A stretch of DNA of 64,000 nucleotides. Source: Candidatus Xenobia bacterium. Its GTDB lineage: Bacteria; Vulcanimicrobiota; Xenobia; Xenobiales; QWHO01. Positions within the stretch are counted from its first letter, which is position 1, and every line of letters begins with the position of its first letter. The stretch covers positions 8,025 to 72,024 of the forward strand of contig BTUM01000039.1 in the NCBI GenBank assembly GCA_045863235.1, written 5' to 3'. Below, piece after piece: positions 1 through 9,226 of this stretch. A program made the translations under genes and the position numbers. Below the pieces are notes generated by a model. That model was not told where the DNA came from, searched no databases, and was given only the letters and a program-made list of their open reading frames with translations.

Positions 1-201
1 GGGCACGCCGGTCTGGGCCATCCCCCAGGGCCCGGGGTTCATTCCCAGCAGCAGCACGGGGCGCCGGCCCTGGCCGTAGCGGCGGTAATAGTCCAGGCAG
101 GGCTCCAGGGCATACTCGAGTGGATTGTAGACGTGGGTGACCGGGGGACCGAAGCTGAGCTTGCCGAGCTGCTCGTTGAGGCGGCGAAAGATCTTCTCCA
201 C
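1..201 (-). CDS. SMUG1-family uracil-DNA glycosylase, N-terminal part (truncated by window edge)
   Basis: Not in the ORF track. Manual translation from GTG at 201 gives [31 protein letters not shown]...[25 protein letters not shown] and [15 protein letters not shown] are SMUG1 motifs. Confidence 0.9.
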   Translation of the reverse strand, partial: MEKIFRRLNEQLGKLSFGPPVTHVYNPLEYALEPCLDYYRRYGQGRRPVLLLGMNPGPWGMAQTGVP

Positions 202-246
202 GGGGCCGCGGTTCGAGCGGGGGAGGTCCTTCCCCTACAGCCAGGC

Positions 247-696
247 CTAGGGGAGGGCTCTGAGCTCGACGTCATAGAGAACGCGAGTAGGATTGGGGCC
301 GGTCAGCTCGGGGATGAGCGAGGCATACAGGGTGTGGCCCGCCGTGGAGAAGGCATTGGTGGCGAAGTAGGGAGTCTGGAGCTTGAAGACACGGGTCTCG
401 CCCGGCTGCAGCGGAGGCTCGATGGCCTGCTCGATCTCGCGGGGGCTGAAGGTGTCCACCACGCCGGGGTGTCGCTCATAGCCCGAAGGCGGGACCGGGA
501 CGAAGATGTAGACCAGCACGCAGTCCGAGCTGGGAGTGGAGCCGGCGTTGGTCAATCGGACCTCCACGAAGATCGGCTTGACCACCTCGTTGAGGCGTGC
601 GTAGGCTTTGGTGGAGAGGATGCGCAGGCCATCCGGCTCGGCCCCCAGAGGTAGGAGCGACAGCGTCAGCCAGAGTGCGATTCCAAGTGAGCGCGT
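247..696 (-). CDS. Hypothetical exported protein (start uncertain: ACG at 696 or GTG at 585)
   Basis: ORF 247..585 stays open upstream through a signal-peptide-like stretch RSLGIALWLTLSLLPLGA. AGGAGG at 701-706 lies 4 nt before an in-frame ACG. Confidence 0.6.
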   Translation of the reverse strand, partial: TRSLGIALWLTLSLLPLGAEPDGLRILSTKAYARLNEVVKPIFVEVRLTNAGSTPSSDCVLVYIFVPVPPSGYERHPGVVDTFSPREIEQAIEPPLQPGETRVFKLQTPYFATNAFSTAGHTLYASLIPELTGPNPTRVLYDVELRALP

Positions 697-795
697 AGAG
701 CCTCCTGGTTGGCGAAAGGTTTCCTGGCAGAAATTCGATCACCGCGGGCGGCCTTCCTCGAAGGAACGCTCCCGCTCCGGACAAAGGGGGAGCTG

Positions 796-2541
796 ATGGC
801 TTACCGTTCGCTTTCCGACTGCGTGGCTGACCTCGAGCGCAGCGGGCGCCTTCGCCGGGTCGAGGTGGAGCTGGATCCGCGCCTGGAGATCCCGGCCGTG
901 CAGCGCCTTGCTTGCGCCGCAGGGGGGCCGGCCCTGTTGTTCACCCGGGTGCGGGGCTCGCGTTTTCCCATGCTGGCGAACCTGTTTGCCACCGGCGAGC
1001 GGGCTCGCTACGTACTGCGCCACGGCTACCGAGCGGTAGAGGCGACCATGGCCCTCAAGGCCGACCCGCGCCGGTTCTGGCGCTACCCCGGGCTGCCTCT
1101 CTCGCTTCTGAGCTGCCTGCCCCGCAGAGTGCCCACGGGACCGGTGCTGACAGGCCGTACCCGCCTTCGCGAGCTGCCTCAGCTGGTGTGCTGGCCGGAG
1201 GACGGAGGGGCTTTCCTGACCCTGCCGGCCGTTTACAGCGAGGATCCGGCCCGTCCTGGCTGGCTTCGCTCCAACCTGGGAATGTATCGCTGTCAGATCT
1301 CGGGCAACGACTACGAGCCCGACCGCGAGTGTGGGCTGCACTACCAGCTGCACCGGGGCATCGGGATTCATCACGCCCGGGCCCTGGAGCGGGGCCAGCC
1401 GTTGCCCGTCAACGTCTTCCTGGGAGGTCCTCCGGCTCTCACCCTGGCGGCTGTGATGCCGTTGCCCGAGGGACTGCCCGAGATCGCCTTCGCCGGTCTT
1501 CTGGCAGGGCGGCCCCTGGCCTGGGCCCGGGCCGGGGCCCTGAGCGTGCCGGTGGAGTGCGACTTCTGCCTGGTGGGCCGCATTCATCCGGGGAGACTGA
1601 AGCCCGAAGGGCCATTCGGGGATCACCTGGGCTACTACAGCCTGCGCCACGACTTCCCGGTTCTCGAGGTGGAGGCGGTCTACCATCGCCCCGACGCCAT
1701 CTTTCCCTTCACTACAGTGGGCCGTCCCCCCCAGGAAGACTCGGTTTTCGGCCAGATCATCCACGAGTTGACCGCCCCGGTATTGCCCACCGTGTTGCCC
1801 GGTGTGCACGCTGTCAACGCGGTGGACGAGGCCGGGGTGCACCCCCTGCTGCTGGCTCTGGCCAGCGAGCGTTACACCCCCTACCAGAAGCGAACCCGAC
1901 CGCAGGAGCTTTTGACCGCTGCCAATGCCATCCTGGGCCACGGGCAGCTGTCGCTGGCCAAGTACCTGTTTCTGGCCGCTCGAGAAGACGACCCCGGGCT
2001 GGACGTGCACCAGGTGGAGCGCTTCCTGGCTCACGTCTTGGAGCGGGTCGACTGGCGAACCGACCTCCACTTTCAGACCCAGACCACGCTGGATACGCTG
2101 GACTACTCGTCAGGCACGATGCATCAGGGCTCGAAGCTGGTGGTGGCGGCCGTGGGTCCTGCCCGGCGCCAGTTAGGACGAGACTCACCTGAGGGGTTCT
2201 GCCTGGTCATGCCCGGCGTGCTGGCCACCGACCGCCCCCCCGAGGCCTGCGCCGAGCTGGGGGAGGAGTGGCCTCTGGTGGTGCGCTGCGACGACCCCGC
2301 CTTCCTGGCCCGCCGGCTGGCCAACTTTCTTTGGATTACCTTCACTCGCTCGGATCCGGCTCGAGACGTGCACGGGGTGGGGGAGTTCACCGAGCACAAG
2401 CACTGGGGCTGCACCGGTGCCCTGGTGATCGACGCGCGCCTCAAGCCCCACCACGCTCCGGCTCTGGCGGAGGACCCCGCGGCTCTGAGCAAGGCCAGGT
2501 CGCTGGCGGCCCCGGGCGGTCCCTTGCACGGGGTATTCTAA
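796..2541 (+). CDS. UbiD-family (prFMN-dependent) decarboxylase
   Basis: Motifs NLGMYR, EGPFGDHLGYYS and TVGRPPQED. ATG at 796 follows a purine-rich RBS (AAGGGGGAG). Confidence 0.92.
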   Translation: MAYRSLSDCVADLERSGRLRRVEVELDPRLEIPAVQRLACAAGGPALLFTRVRGSRFPMLANLFATGERARYVLRHGYRAVEATMALKADPRRFWRYPGLPLSLLSCLPRRVPTGPVLTGRTRLRELPQLVCWPEDGGAFLTLPAVYSEDPARPGWLRSNLGMYRCQISGNDYEPDRECGLHYQLHRGIGIHHARALERGQPLPVNVFLGGPPALTLAAVMPLPEGLPEIAFAGLLAGRPLAWARAGALSVPVECDFCLVGRIHPGRLKPEGPFGDHLGYYSLRHDFPVLEVEAVYHRPDAIFPFTTVGRPPQEDSVFGQIIHELTAPVLPTVLPGVHAVNAVDEAGVHPLLLALASERYTPYQKRTRPQELLTAANAILGHGQLSLAKYLFLAAREDDPGLDVHQVERFLAHVLERVDWRTDLHFQTQTTLDTLDYSSGTMHQGSKLVVAAVGPARRQLGRDSPEGFCLVMPGVLATDRPPEACAELGEEWPLVVRCDDPAFLARRLANFLWITFTRSDPARDVHGVGEFTEHKHWGCTGALVIDARLKPHHAPALAEDPAALSKARSLAAPGGPLHGVF

Positions 2542-2625
2542 AGCCAGGGCAGCGCAGTTCCGGTGCGAGGGGTCGGCCGCTCTCTCGTGCAGAGGGCTGT
2601 GGATTCCCGGAACGAACTCGTCCCC

Positions 2626-3363
2626 ATGCTCCATCGGCTCTTACTCCTACTCTTGCTCATCGTCGGGCCTGCCCTGGCTTCCGGGAAGTGCGTTTTCTGT
2701 CGCCATGACGGGGGACAGTACCCCTTGCGCACGGTCGACTATGCGGCTGGCTCTCAATGGGTGTGCCAGAGATGCCTCGAAAAACTGGCTCGGTGCAGTG
2801 TCTGTGACCTGGCTACCGACAAGAAGCCCTATCGCGACGGCCGCACGCTCTGCGCGAGTTGCCTGAAGTTGAACCTGGCCAACCAGGGGCAGGCTGAATC
2901 GCTTTACAGCAAAGTGGTCAAGTTTGTTGACGGACTTCTGGGCGACAAAGTCAAGCCCTTGCCCCCCGTGCGCATCTGCGACGATGACGAGTTGCAGACC
3001 CGGTTCATCGAGAGCGGACGGGCCATGCAGGTGGCGGGTTTCTACCAACCCTACAACCCCGAGCAGATCTACATTCGTTCCTACGAGACCCTGGTGGAGG
3101 CGGGCGGGACCCTGGCTCACGAATACACCCACGCCTGGCAGAGCCGCCACGCCGTGCAGCAGGACAGGGCTTTGAAGGAAGGCTTCGCCAACTGGGTGGA
3201 GTACCATTACCTGGTGTCCATCGGCGAGCCGGCCAGGGCTGCCTCCCTGACCAGGAGCTCGGACCCTGACTACGGCGCCAGCCTCGAGCGCCTGCTCGAG
3301 CTGGAGCGAAAGAGCGGCAAGGCGGCCGTCATCAAGCTCGGGAGGACGGGAACGAAGATCTGA
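2626..3363 (+). CDS. Secreted DA1-like zinc metallopeptidase with Cys-rich (LIM-like) N-terminus
   Basis: Signal peptide, four CxxC pairs including DGRTLCASC, HEYTHAW (HExxH), downstream EGFANW and DPDYG. Confidence 0.75.
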   Translation: MLHRLLLLLLLIVGPALASGKCVFCRHDGGQYPLRTVDYAAGSQWVCQRCLEKLARCSVCDLATDKKPYRDGRTLCASCLKLNLANQGQAESLYSKVVKFVDGLLGDKVKPLPPVRICDDDELQTRFIESGRAMQVAGFYQPYNPEQIYIRSYETLVEAGGTLAHEYTHAWQSRHAVQQDRALKEGFANWVEYHYLVSIGEPARAASLTRSSDPDYGASLERLLELERKSGKAAVIKLGRTGTKI

Positions 3364-3440
3364 TGGGTTCGGCTTGTGCGGGAAACTCTTGACGGTTTTC
3401 GGCCGCCCTACTGATAATGCGCGGGATGTCGATCGGCGCC

Positions 3441-3764
3441 TTAGCCGGTCGACAGGGGGCGACTGCGGGGAAGGCCCGAGTTCTCGGTCAAGCGGATCTC
3501 AAAGTCCTCGTTGCGGTGCGACTCGATGTGGCTCTTGACGAGCTCGACCCCGGTCAGCAGGAAGTCGTGCAGGTCGAAGTGCGGCTTGCTTGCGGTGAAG
3601 CCCTGCTCGAGCACCACCTCGACGCGGCTGGTGGCCTGCTCGGGCGAGGTCACCAGGGCCTTCACGGTCACTCCACTGGAGTAGTCCCCGCTGGCCTCGG
3701 CTTCGATTTTGTAGCGCCGCCCGGGTGTGTTCTTCAAGGCGTATTCGATCTCGGTGCGTTCCAC
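3441..3764 (-). CDS. Hypothetical protein
   Basis: 107-aa ORF with host-like codon usage and globular composition, filling the gap between two + strand genes. Confidence 0.7.
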   Translation of the reverse strand: MERTEIEYALKNTPGRRYKIEAEASGDYSSGVTVKALVTSPEQATSRVEVVLEQGFTASKPHFDLHDFLLTGVELVKSHIESHRNEDFEIRLTENSGLPRSRPLSTG

Positions 3765-3878
3765 GGCGCCGCCTTCGCGCTGGTGACGGCCGGTACCCTG
3801 CCCGGGCTGCCTGAAACCAATTCCCTCTCTTCTGCGTCACCATGTCGGAAGAGAAAACTCAGGAGGTAGAAAAGAAAG

Positions 3879-4559
3879 ATGTTCTGGGACCCCACAATCA
3901 TGTTGTTGATCCCGGGCCTGTTGCTGAGCCTGTGGGCCAGCTTCAAGGTGCGGGGAACGTTTGCCAACTATGCCCGCGTGCCTGCGCGGAGCGGACTCTC
4001 CGGGGCCGAGGCGGCCGCCGCCCTGGCCGCCAGCCGTGGCCTCAGGGTCGGAATCGAGCCTTCTCCAGGGGGCACGCTGAGCGACCATTTCGACCCCACG
4101 ACCAACACGCTGCGCCTTTCGCCCGAGGTTTACTCGGGACGCTCTCTGGCAGCGTTAGGGGTGGCTGCCCATGAAATGGGCCACGCCCTGCAGAAGGCGG
4201 ACGGCTATGCGCCGCTGGCCTTGCGAAGCGGTCTGGTGCCGTTCGCCGGATTGGGCTCCAATCTGGCCTTCGTTCTGCTGTTGGCGGGCATGCTGTTGTC
4301 GATGAAGCCGCTCCTCTACGCGGGCATCGCCTTCTTCAGCCTGGCCGTGTTGTTCAGCCTGGTGACGCTGCCGGTGGAGTTTGACGCCTCCGCCCGGGCC
4401 TTGCGAATGCTGGCCGCCGATGGCCTGATCGGCCGCGATGAGTTGCCGGGTGTCCGCTCGGTTCTCAATGCCGCTGCCTGGACCTACGTGGCTGCGGCCG
4501 TGGTGGCCGTGCTCGAGCTGTTGCGCCTTATCTTGATCGCGCGCGGCAGCGAGGAGTGA
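3879..4559 (+). CDS. Membrane zinc metallopeptidase (YugP / Zn_peptidase_2 family)
   Basis: LSDHFDP, VAAHEMGHALQ, TLPVEFDASARA, AAAWTYVAAA. AGGAGG RBS upstream. Confidence 0.92.
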   Translation: MFWDPTIMLLIPGLLLSLWASFKVRGTFANYARVPARSGLSGAEAAAALAASRGLRVGIEPSPGGTLSDHFDPTTNTLRLSPEVYSGRSLAALGVAAHEMGHALQKADGYAPLALRSGLVPFAGLGSNLAFVLLLAGMLLSMKPLLYAGIAFFSLAVLFSLVTLPVEFDASARALRMLAADGLIGRDELPGVRSVLNAAAWTYVAAAVVAVLELLRLILIARGSEE

Positions 4560-4638
4560 CGGAAAAGGGCCGGGTCGAGCGATCGGGTCCTTCAGGAGCT
4601 TGCGGCCGGGATCTTGTCGATCCCGGCCGGCCTGGAGC

Positions 4639-4974
4639 TCAGCCGACCTGGCTCAGGTGCTTCTCGATGAAGCGGGTCAGCTCGGTATCGGGCATGAAGC
4701 CGCCCTTCTTGTCCACCGGTTGCCCCTTGTGAAACATGATCAACACCGGAATACCCCGTACGCCGTACTTGGCGGCGATGTTCTTGTTCTCATCGGTGTT
4801 CAGCTTGACGAACTTGACTTTGCCTTGATAACTCTCTGAGACGGCCTCGAAGATCGGCTCGAGCATCTTGCACGGCCCGCACCAGTCGGCTCCAAAATCG
4901 ACCAGCACCGGCAGCTCGGAGTCGAGCACCTCGGTCTGGAAGTTGGCTTCGGAAACATGCGCTACTTTACCCAC
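4639..4974 (-). CDS. trxA: Thioredoxin
   Basis: WCGPC active site and VRGIP. GTG at 4974 is 6 nt after GAGGAGGT. Confidence 0.95.
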   Translation of the reverse strand: MGKVAHVSEANFQTEVLDSELPVLVDFGADWCGPCKMLEPIFEAVSESYQGKVKFVKLNTDENKNIAAKYGVRGIPVLIMFHKGQPVDKKGGFMPDTELTRFIEKHLSQVG

Positions 4975-4994
4975 GGTCAAACCTCCTCGAGAGT

Positions 4995-5477
4995 TCAGTC
5001 TACCCAGAGATTGCCCAGGAAGGAAGTGGGGGGATGGGCCCCGCCCGCCAGCAGAGCCGCCAGAGGCTCTTTCATGGGTGGATGGAGAACGAGCTCTCGT
5101 AATTGTTCAGTGTCGACGAACTTCGCCTCGGCCAGACGGGGTTCCTCTCCTACTTTCAGCACGCCTCCGGCCCGCCGGGCCGCGAATATCAGGTGGATCA
5201 GGTGACGCGACCGGTTAGGGGGCAGCGTCTCGGCGGCAAACAGCAGATTGCCCACCTCCACCACGATTCCGGTCTCTTCCAGCATTTCGCGGCGGGCACC
5301 ATCGGCCAGCGACTCGCCGAACTCCAGTCCTCCGCCGGGCAAGAGCCAGTAAGTGCGGTCGCCTTTGACGTGACGCACGAGCAGCACCCGGCCCTCCTCG
5401 ATCAGGGCCACCGCCACGCGGATGCGCGGTCGTCGGGAGACGACGTTCTCCGAGGACTCGAAGAGAGGCGAGTTCAC
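4995..5477 (-). CDS. Nudix hydrolase
   Basis: Nudix box GGGLEFGESLADGARREMLEETG. GTG start overlaps the kinase stop (GTGA). Confidence 0.88.
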   Translation of the reverse strand: MNSPLFESSENVVSRRPRIRVAVALIEEGRVLLVRHVKGDRTYWLLPGGGLEFGESLADGARREMLEETGIVVEVGNLLFAAETLPPNRSRHLIHLIFAARRAGGVLKVGEEPRLAEAKFVDTEQLRELVLHPPMKEPLAALLAGGAHPPTSFLGNLWVD

Positions 5478-7645
5478 GGTGTCATCCTGCCCTGGTGGAC
5501 ATTCCAGACGGCCCCGGTAAGGAGGGCGAAGAAGAGGAAGGCGCCCACAATTTGAGCCAGCGTCATCCAGCGACGGTTGATCAGGCTGACCACCCCGCTG
5601 CCGAGCGCCACCAGGTGCATGCAAGCAAGAGCGATCAGGCCAGTGCCCGTAATCACCGGTTTGGCAAGCCCTACCCCCAGAAGGAAGGCCACCGTGAAGA
5701 TGGCGTAGCAAGTCCAGCCCCACCAGAGATGGAAGCGCGCCACAGGCCGGGCGGGAATCGATACGGCGGCGGGAGCTGGCTGAGGCTGGGGCGATGCGGC
5801 CATCACGTTTGACGCCGGACGAAGGGTGCGCGAACTCGATTCCGACGGGGGAGGCGGGAGAATGGGCTGGGACCTTGATGCGGAGTCGGCCGGGCCAAGC
5901 GGAGGCCGGGCTCGCGAGGTGGAGTCCGCCGGCTGAGCGGTCCGCTGCGTGCCTGAGGAGTCCGCCCCTGCCCCCCCCGCAGAGGGTTGGACCCGGGAAG
6001 CGAGAGCGGCCGGAGCGGGTTGAGAACTTCCCGAAAGCGACCCCGAGGGCCGCGAGGAAGAAGAGTGCCCACCCGAGCCAGAGCCCCCCGAGGACGCCGT
6101 GGCCTGGCCGCAGGCCGGGCAGAAACGTGCTTCGCGGGGCATTCCCGTTCCGCACCGAGCACAGAACATCTGGGTGCTGGCGGCTTCCGGAGGAAGGTCG
6201 GGAATCTGCACCCGGAAGACCAGCACCTGGTCACGATTCAGTCCCACTTCCTCCAGGACGCAAAGCGAGGAGACCGCCTGAGCTGTGGCCTGGCTCAGGT
6301 AGATGGAGCCGGGTGGGCAGTCCTTTTCCAGGTGTCCGGCCTGATCGACCGTGCGACTGGCGAACTCCCCCAGTGATCGGCGCGGGTCGAGATAGACGTC
6401 CCCCGTGTTGATCCCGATGCGCGCCAGCAACACGCCGCTCAACTGGCTGCGGGCGTTGAGCTGAGCGATCCGCTGCTGGATCTGGACGGCCGCCTGCACA
6501 GCCGGGACAGGCTCTTGGAACAGGCAGATGGCCCCGTCGCCGGACCAGTCGTAGGACAGGCAGCCGTGGCTTTCGAGCGCGCCGTTGATGAGGGAGCGGT
6601 AAGCGCGGAAAGCCTGGTCGGCGTGGAAGGTCTGATTGGGAGTCTTGAGCTTGGACGAGCCGGCCAGATCGACGAACATGACGGTGAGCACACGCCGAAA
6701 GCCCTGGTCGATGGCTTCCTTGACCTTGGAATGGGCTGCGATGGCCTCGTCCATGCTGACTCGGCCGCTGACGACCGCCGCCAGGAACTGCTCCAGGGCA
6801 TTGCCGGCCGGCTCGCCCGCCGCCTGCTTGAGGGCTTCGCGCATTTCGCCGGCGCTGGCGTAGCGAACCTCCCGGTCCTTCTCGAGGGCTCGCATCACGA
6901 CTTCGCTGACCGCCTGGGAGACCTCGCGATTCAGCTCGCCGGGCGGTTGGGGCCGCTTGAACAGGTGTGCCTTCATCACCTCGGGGGTGGTCTGGCCTCG
7001 GAAGGGCTGCACTCCGGTCAACATCTCGTAGAGGATGACCCCGGTGGCGTAGAGGTCGGCCCGGGCATCCACGCCCTCGCCCTCGAACTGCTCCGGGGCC
7101 ATGTACTCCGGGGTTCCCACCATCATCCCGGTACGGGTCAAGCGCACCGAGTCGCGGCAGTGGGCGATGGAGAAGTCGGTCAGGGTGACGATGCCGTTCT
7201 CGGCCACCAGCACGTTGGCGGGTTTGACGTCGCGATGCACCACGCCGTGCTCGTGGGCGTGCTGCAGGGCGCTGAGCACCTGATCGATCAGCTTGAGAGT
7301 GGCTTCCACCCCATAGGGGACGCCGGGCTGCAGGCACTCGCGCAGATCGCGCCCGCCCAGATACTCCATGACCAGGTAGTGGCAGCCGTCCGACTCGGCC
7401 GCGTCAAACACCTGGATGATGTTGGGGTGGCGCAGGGACGCAGCGATGCGGGCTTCGCGCTTGAAGCGCTCGAGAAAATCAGCTTCGCGCGTCAGCTCGG
7501 CCGGCAGCACCTTGATGGCCAGGTCTCGCCCCAGCGACTCCTGGTGCGCCAGGTAAACCGTCCCCATCGACCCTCGACCAATCTCCCGCACCAGCCGGTA
7601 GTTGCCCAGCGACTGCCTCGGTTCCACGCTGGTCAAAGTTCCCAT
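5474..7645 (-). CDS. Ser/Thr protein kinase fused to class III nucleotidyl-cyclase-like domain, zinc ribbon, low-complexity linker and C-terminal TM helices
   Basis: Kinase motifs GRGSMGTV, AIK, HRDVKPAN, TDFSIA, GTPEYMAPE. Cyclase motifs VMFVDLAGS, GDGAICLF, RIGINTGDV. Zinc ribbon CARC...CPAC. Hydrophobic C-terminus. Confidence 0.88.
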   Translation of the reverse strand: MGTLTSVEPRQSLGNYRLVREIGRGSMGTVYLAHQESLGRDLAIKVLPAELTREADFLERFKREARIAASLRHPNIIQVFDAAESDGCHYLVMEYLGGRDLRECLQPGVPYGVEATLKLIDQVLSALQHAHEHGVVHRDVKPANVLVAENGIVTLTDFSIAHCRDSVRLTRTGMMVGTPEYMAPEQFEGEGVDARADLYATGVILYEMLTGVQPFRGQTTPEVMKAHLFKRPQPPGELNREVSQAVSEVVMRALEKDREVRYASAGEMREALKQAAGEPAGNALEQFLAAVVSGRVSMDEAIAAHSKVKEAIDQGFRRVLTVMFVDLAGSSKLKTPNQTFHADQAFRAYRSLINGALESHGCLSYDWSGDGAICLFQEPVPAVQAAVQIQQRIAQLNARSQLSGVLLARIGINTGDVYLDPRRSLGEFASRTVDQAGHLEKDCPPGSIYLSQATAQAVSSLCVLEEVGLNRDQVLVFRVQIPDLPPEAASTQMFCARCGTGMPREARFCPACGQATASSGGSGSGGHSSSSRPSGSLSGSSQPAPAALASRVQPSAGGAGADSSGTQRTAQPADSTSRARPPLGPADSASRSQPILPPPPSESSSRTLRPASNVMAASPQPQPAPAAVSIPARPVARFHLWWGWTCYAIFTVAFLLGVGLAKPVITGTGLIALACMHLVALGSGVVSLINRRWMTLAQIVGAFLFFALLTGAVWNVHQGRMTP

Positions 7646-7672
7646 GCGGAGCCAAAAGACCTTCCCCAAAGG

Positions 7673-7700
7673 AAAAAGCCGGGTCGAACGACCCGGCTTT
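7673..7700 (-). terminator. Intrinsic terminator of rplJL
   Basis: Hairpin AAAGCCGGGTCG-TT-CGACCCGGCTTTTT about 20 nt downstream of rplL. Confidence 0.85.
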
Positions 7701-7720
7701 CAGACGCCAGACCTGAAGAG

Positions 7721-8092
7721 TTACTTCAGGGTGATGGTGGCGCCGGACTCGGCGAACTTGGCCTTGATCTCCTCGGCCTCGGACTTCGAGCAGCCTTCCT
7801 TGATCATCTGGGGAGCGCCGTCCACCAGGTCCTTGGCCTCTTTCAGGCCCAGGGTGGTGACGGTGCGCACGACCTTGATGACTCCGATCTTGTTGGAGCC
7901 GGCCGAGGTCAACTCGACGTCGAAGGTATCCTTTTCGACGGCGGCTTCGGCGGGCGCACCAGCGGGGGCGGCGGCCACGGCCACGGGGGCGGCAGCCGAC
8001 ACGCCCAGCTTCTCCTCGAGAGCCTTGACGATGTCGGCGGCTTCCATCAGGGTCAGGTTGCAGATCGCATCGATCAGAGCGGTCTTATCCAC
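7721..8092 (-). CDS. rplL: 50S ribosomal protein L7/L12
   Basis: [40 protein letters not shown]. Confidence 0.98.
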   Translation of the reverse strand: MDKTALIDAICNLTLMEAADIVKALEEKLGVSAAAPVAVAAAPAGAPAEAAVEKDTFDVELTSAGSNKIGVIKVVRTVTTLGLKEAKDLVDGAPQMIKEGCSKSEAEEIKAKFAESGATITLK

Positions 8093-8104
8093 GGTGTTGT
8101 CCTC

Positions 8105-8665
8105 CTACGAATTTTCTTCTTGCTTGCGGCGCCACGCGTCGATGACGGTGGCCATGCTGCGACCAGGGGCGTTGATGATGCCCATGAGCTGGCGGTGGGG
8201 TGCGATGATCATGCTCAACAGCTGAGCCAGCACCACTTCGCGCGAGGGCAGGCTGGCAATGGCTTCGACCTTCTTGGAGTCGTAGACATTGTTCTCCAGC
8301 ACTGCACCCTTGACTCGGGGCAGGTTGGTGGGTTTTTGCTCCTTCGAATAATCGAGGAGTGTCTTGGCGATGGCGGCCGGGTCGGCGTAGCCAAAAGCGA
8401 TGCCCGTGGGGCCCTGAAGGTGCTCTTCCAGGCCCTGGATCCCCATCTCCCTGGCCACTTTGAGGGCCAGGGTGTTCTTGACGATCCTGAACTCGCCTTT
8501 GTGCTCGCGCAGACGTTTGCGCAGATCGGTCATCATCTTCACGGTCATTCCGGCGGCTTCGCCGCGGCTGTCCGCGAAGACGGCGATGGTGGCCTCCTTG
8601 AAGCTCTTGCGGAGCTCCTCGAGACTCTCGGTCTTGCGCTTCATCGCCTCTGCATGAGTTGGCAT
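8105..8665 (-). CDS. rplJ: 50S ribosomal protein L10
   Basis: LRKRLRE..FRIVKNTL, LQGPTGIAF, ASLPSREVVLAQLL. Lies directly upstream of rplL. Confidence 0.97.
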   Translation of the reverse strand: MPTHAEAMKRKTESLEELRKSFKEATIAVFADSRGEAAGMTVKMMTDLRKRLREHKGEFRIVKNTLALKVAREMGIQGLEEHLQGPTGIAFGYADPAAIAKTLLDYSKEQKPTNLPRVKGAVLENNVYDSKKVEAIASLPSREVVLAQLLSMIIAPHRQLMGIINAPGRSMATVIDAWRRKQEENS

Positions 8666-8696
8666 AGGTTCCTCCCTTCTGCAGTCGATGCAGACG

Positions 8697-8848
8697 AAAA
8701 AGCCTCCGTTGCAGACGGAGGCTTGGAAACGTCATTAGGCCCCTCGGCCGATTGGCCGTGGTTGATTCGTGACGTCACCTCGGCAGGGTAGCCCGAAGGC
8801 CGATTGAGGCTTGCGCCCCCTGCTGTCTGCGGCAACGATTGGAGTTGC
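8697..8848 (-). ncRNA. Ribosomal protein L10 leader (autogenous attenuator)
   Basis: The 5' UTR of rplJ carries CCGCAGACAGCAGG (8832-8819) and CCTGCCGAGG (8787-8778), the L10-leader core. A terminator hairpin AAGCCTCCGT-N5-ACGGAGGCTT with a U tract follows (8724-8697). Confidence 0.88.
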
Positions 8849-8854
8849 CCGAAG

Positions 8855-8883
8855 AGTATACGGGGGGGCTTGAGAGCTGTCAA
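8855..8883 (-). promoter_or_regulatory. Sigma70-type promoter of rplJL
   Basis: TTGACA (8883-8878), 17 nt, TATACT (8860-8855). Confidence 0.88.
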
Positions 8884-8892
8884 CCCCGTTGA

Positions 8893-8921
8893 TTGACGAG
8901 CCGGGGAGTCTTGACTATAAT
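8893..8921 (+). promoter_or_regulatory. Sigma70-type promoter divergent from the rplJL promoter
   Basis: TTGACG (8893-8898), 17 nt, TATAAT (8916-8921). Confidence 0.85.
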
Positions 8922-8948
8922 CCCAGGTGGCTTGAGGCCGATTCGCGA

Positions 8949-9209
8949 ATGTCGCTGCGGATACCGAAAGAACGCAAGGAAGTGGTGATCTTCACCCGCA
9001 ACCACAAGGTGGAGGGTGAGGTTTACCTGTTGCTCGACTCAAGGCTATCCGACGAGCTGAACATCCGCGTGCGCGACTTCATTCCGGTGACCAACGCCAA
9101 GGTGTTTTCGCTCACGGGAGACAGCTTGCTCTATGCGGCCGACTTCGTCTCGGTCAACAAGCACGCCATCGACCTGGTGCTGACCAAGCACGGCGAGATT
9201 GAACTTTAA
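8949..9209 (+). CDS. Small conserved hypothetical protein (DUF6812-like)
   Basis: RLSDELN...FIPVTNA...FVSVNK pattern. ATG at 8949 lies downstream of the promoter. Confidence 0.75.
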   Translation: MSLRIPKERKEVVIFTRNHKVEGEVYLLLDSRLSDELNIRVRDFIPVTNAKVFSLTGDSLLYAADFVSVNKHAIDLVLTKHGEIEL

Positions 9210-9226
9210 ACAAAGGAAGCGTTCCC

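Noticed and set aside
796..2541. UbiD without an adjacent ubiX
   Set aside because: ubiX is frequently unlinked, so this is not informative.
6515..8791. Long antisense or alternative-frame ORFs (e.g. 6515..8791 +, 19670..21229 -, 35266..36804 +, 54722..57088 +, 61859..63844 -)
   Set aside because: Shadow ORFs of high-GC genes. They overlap well-supported genes and carry no recognisable motifs.
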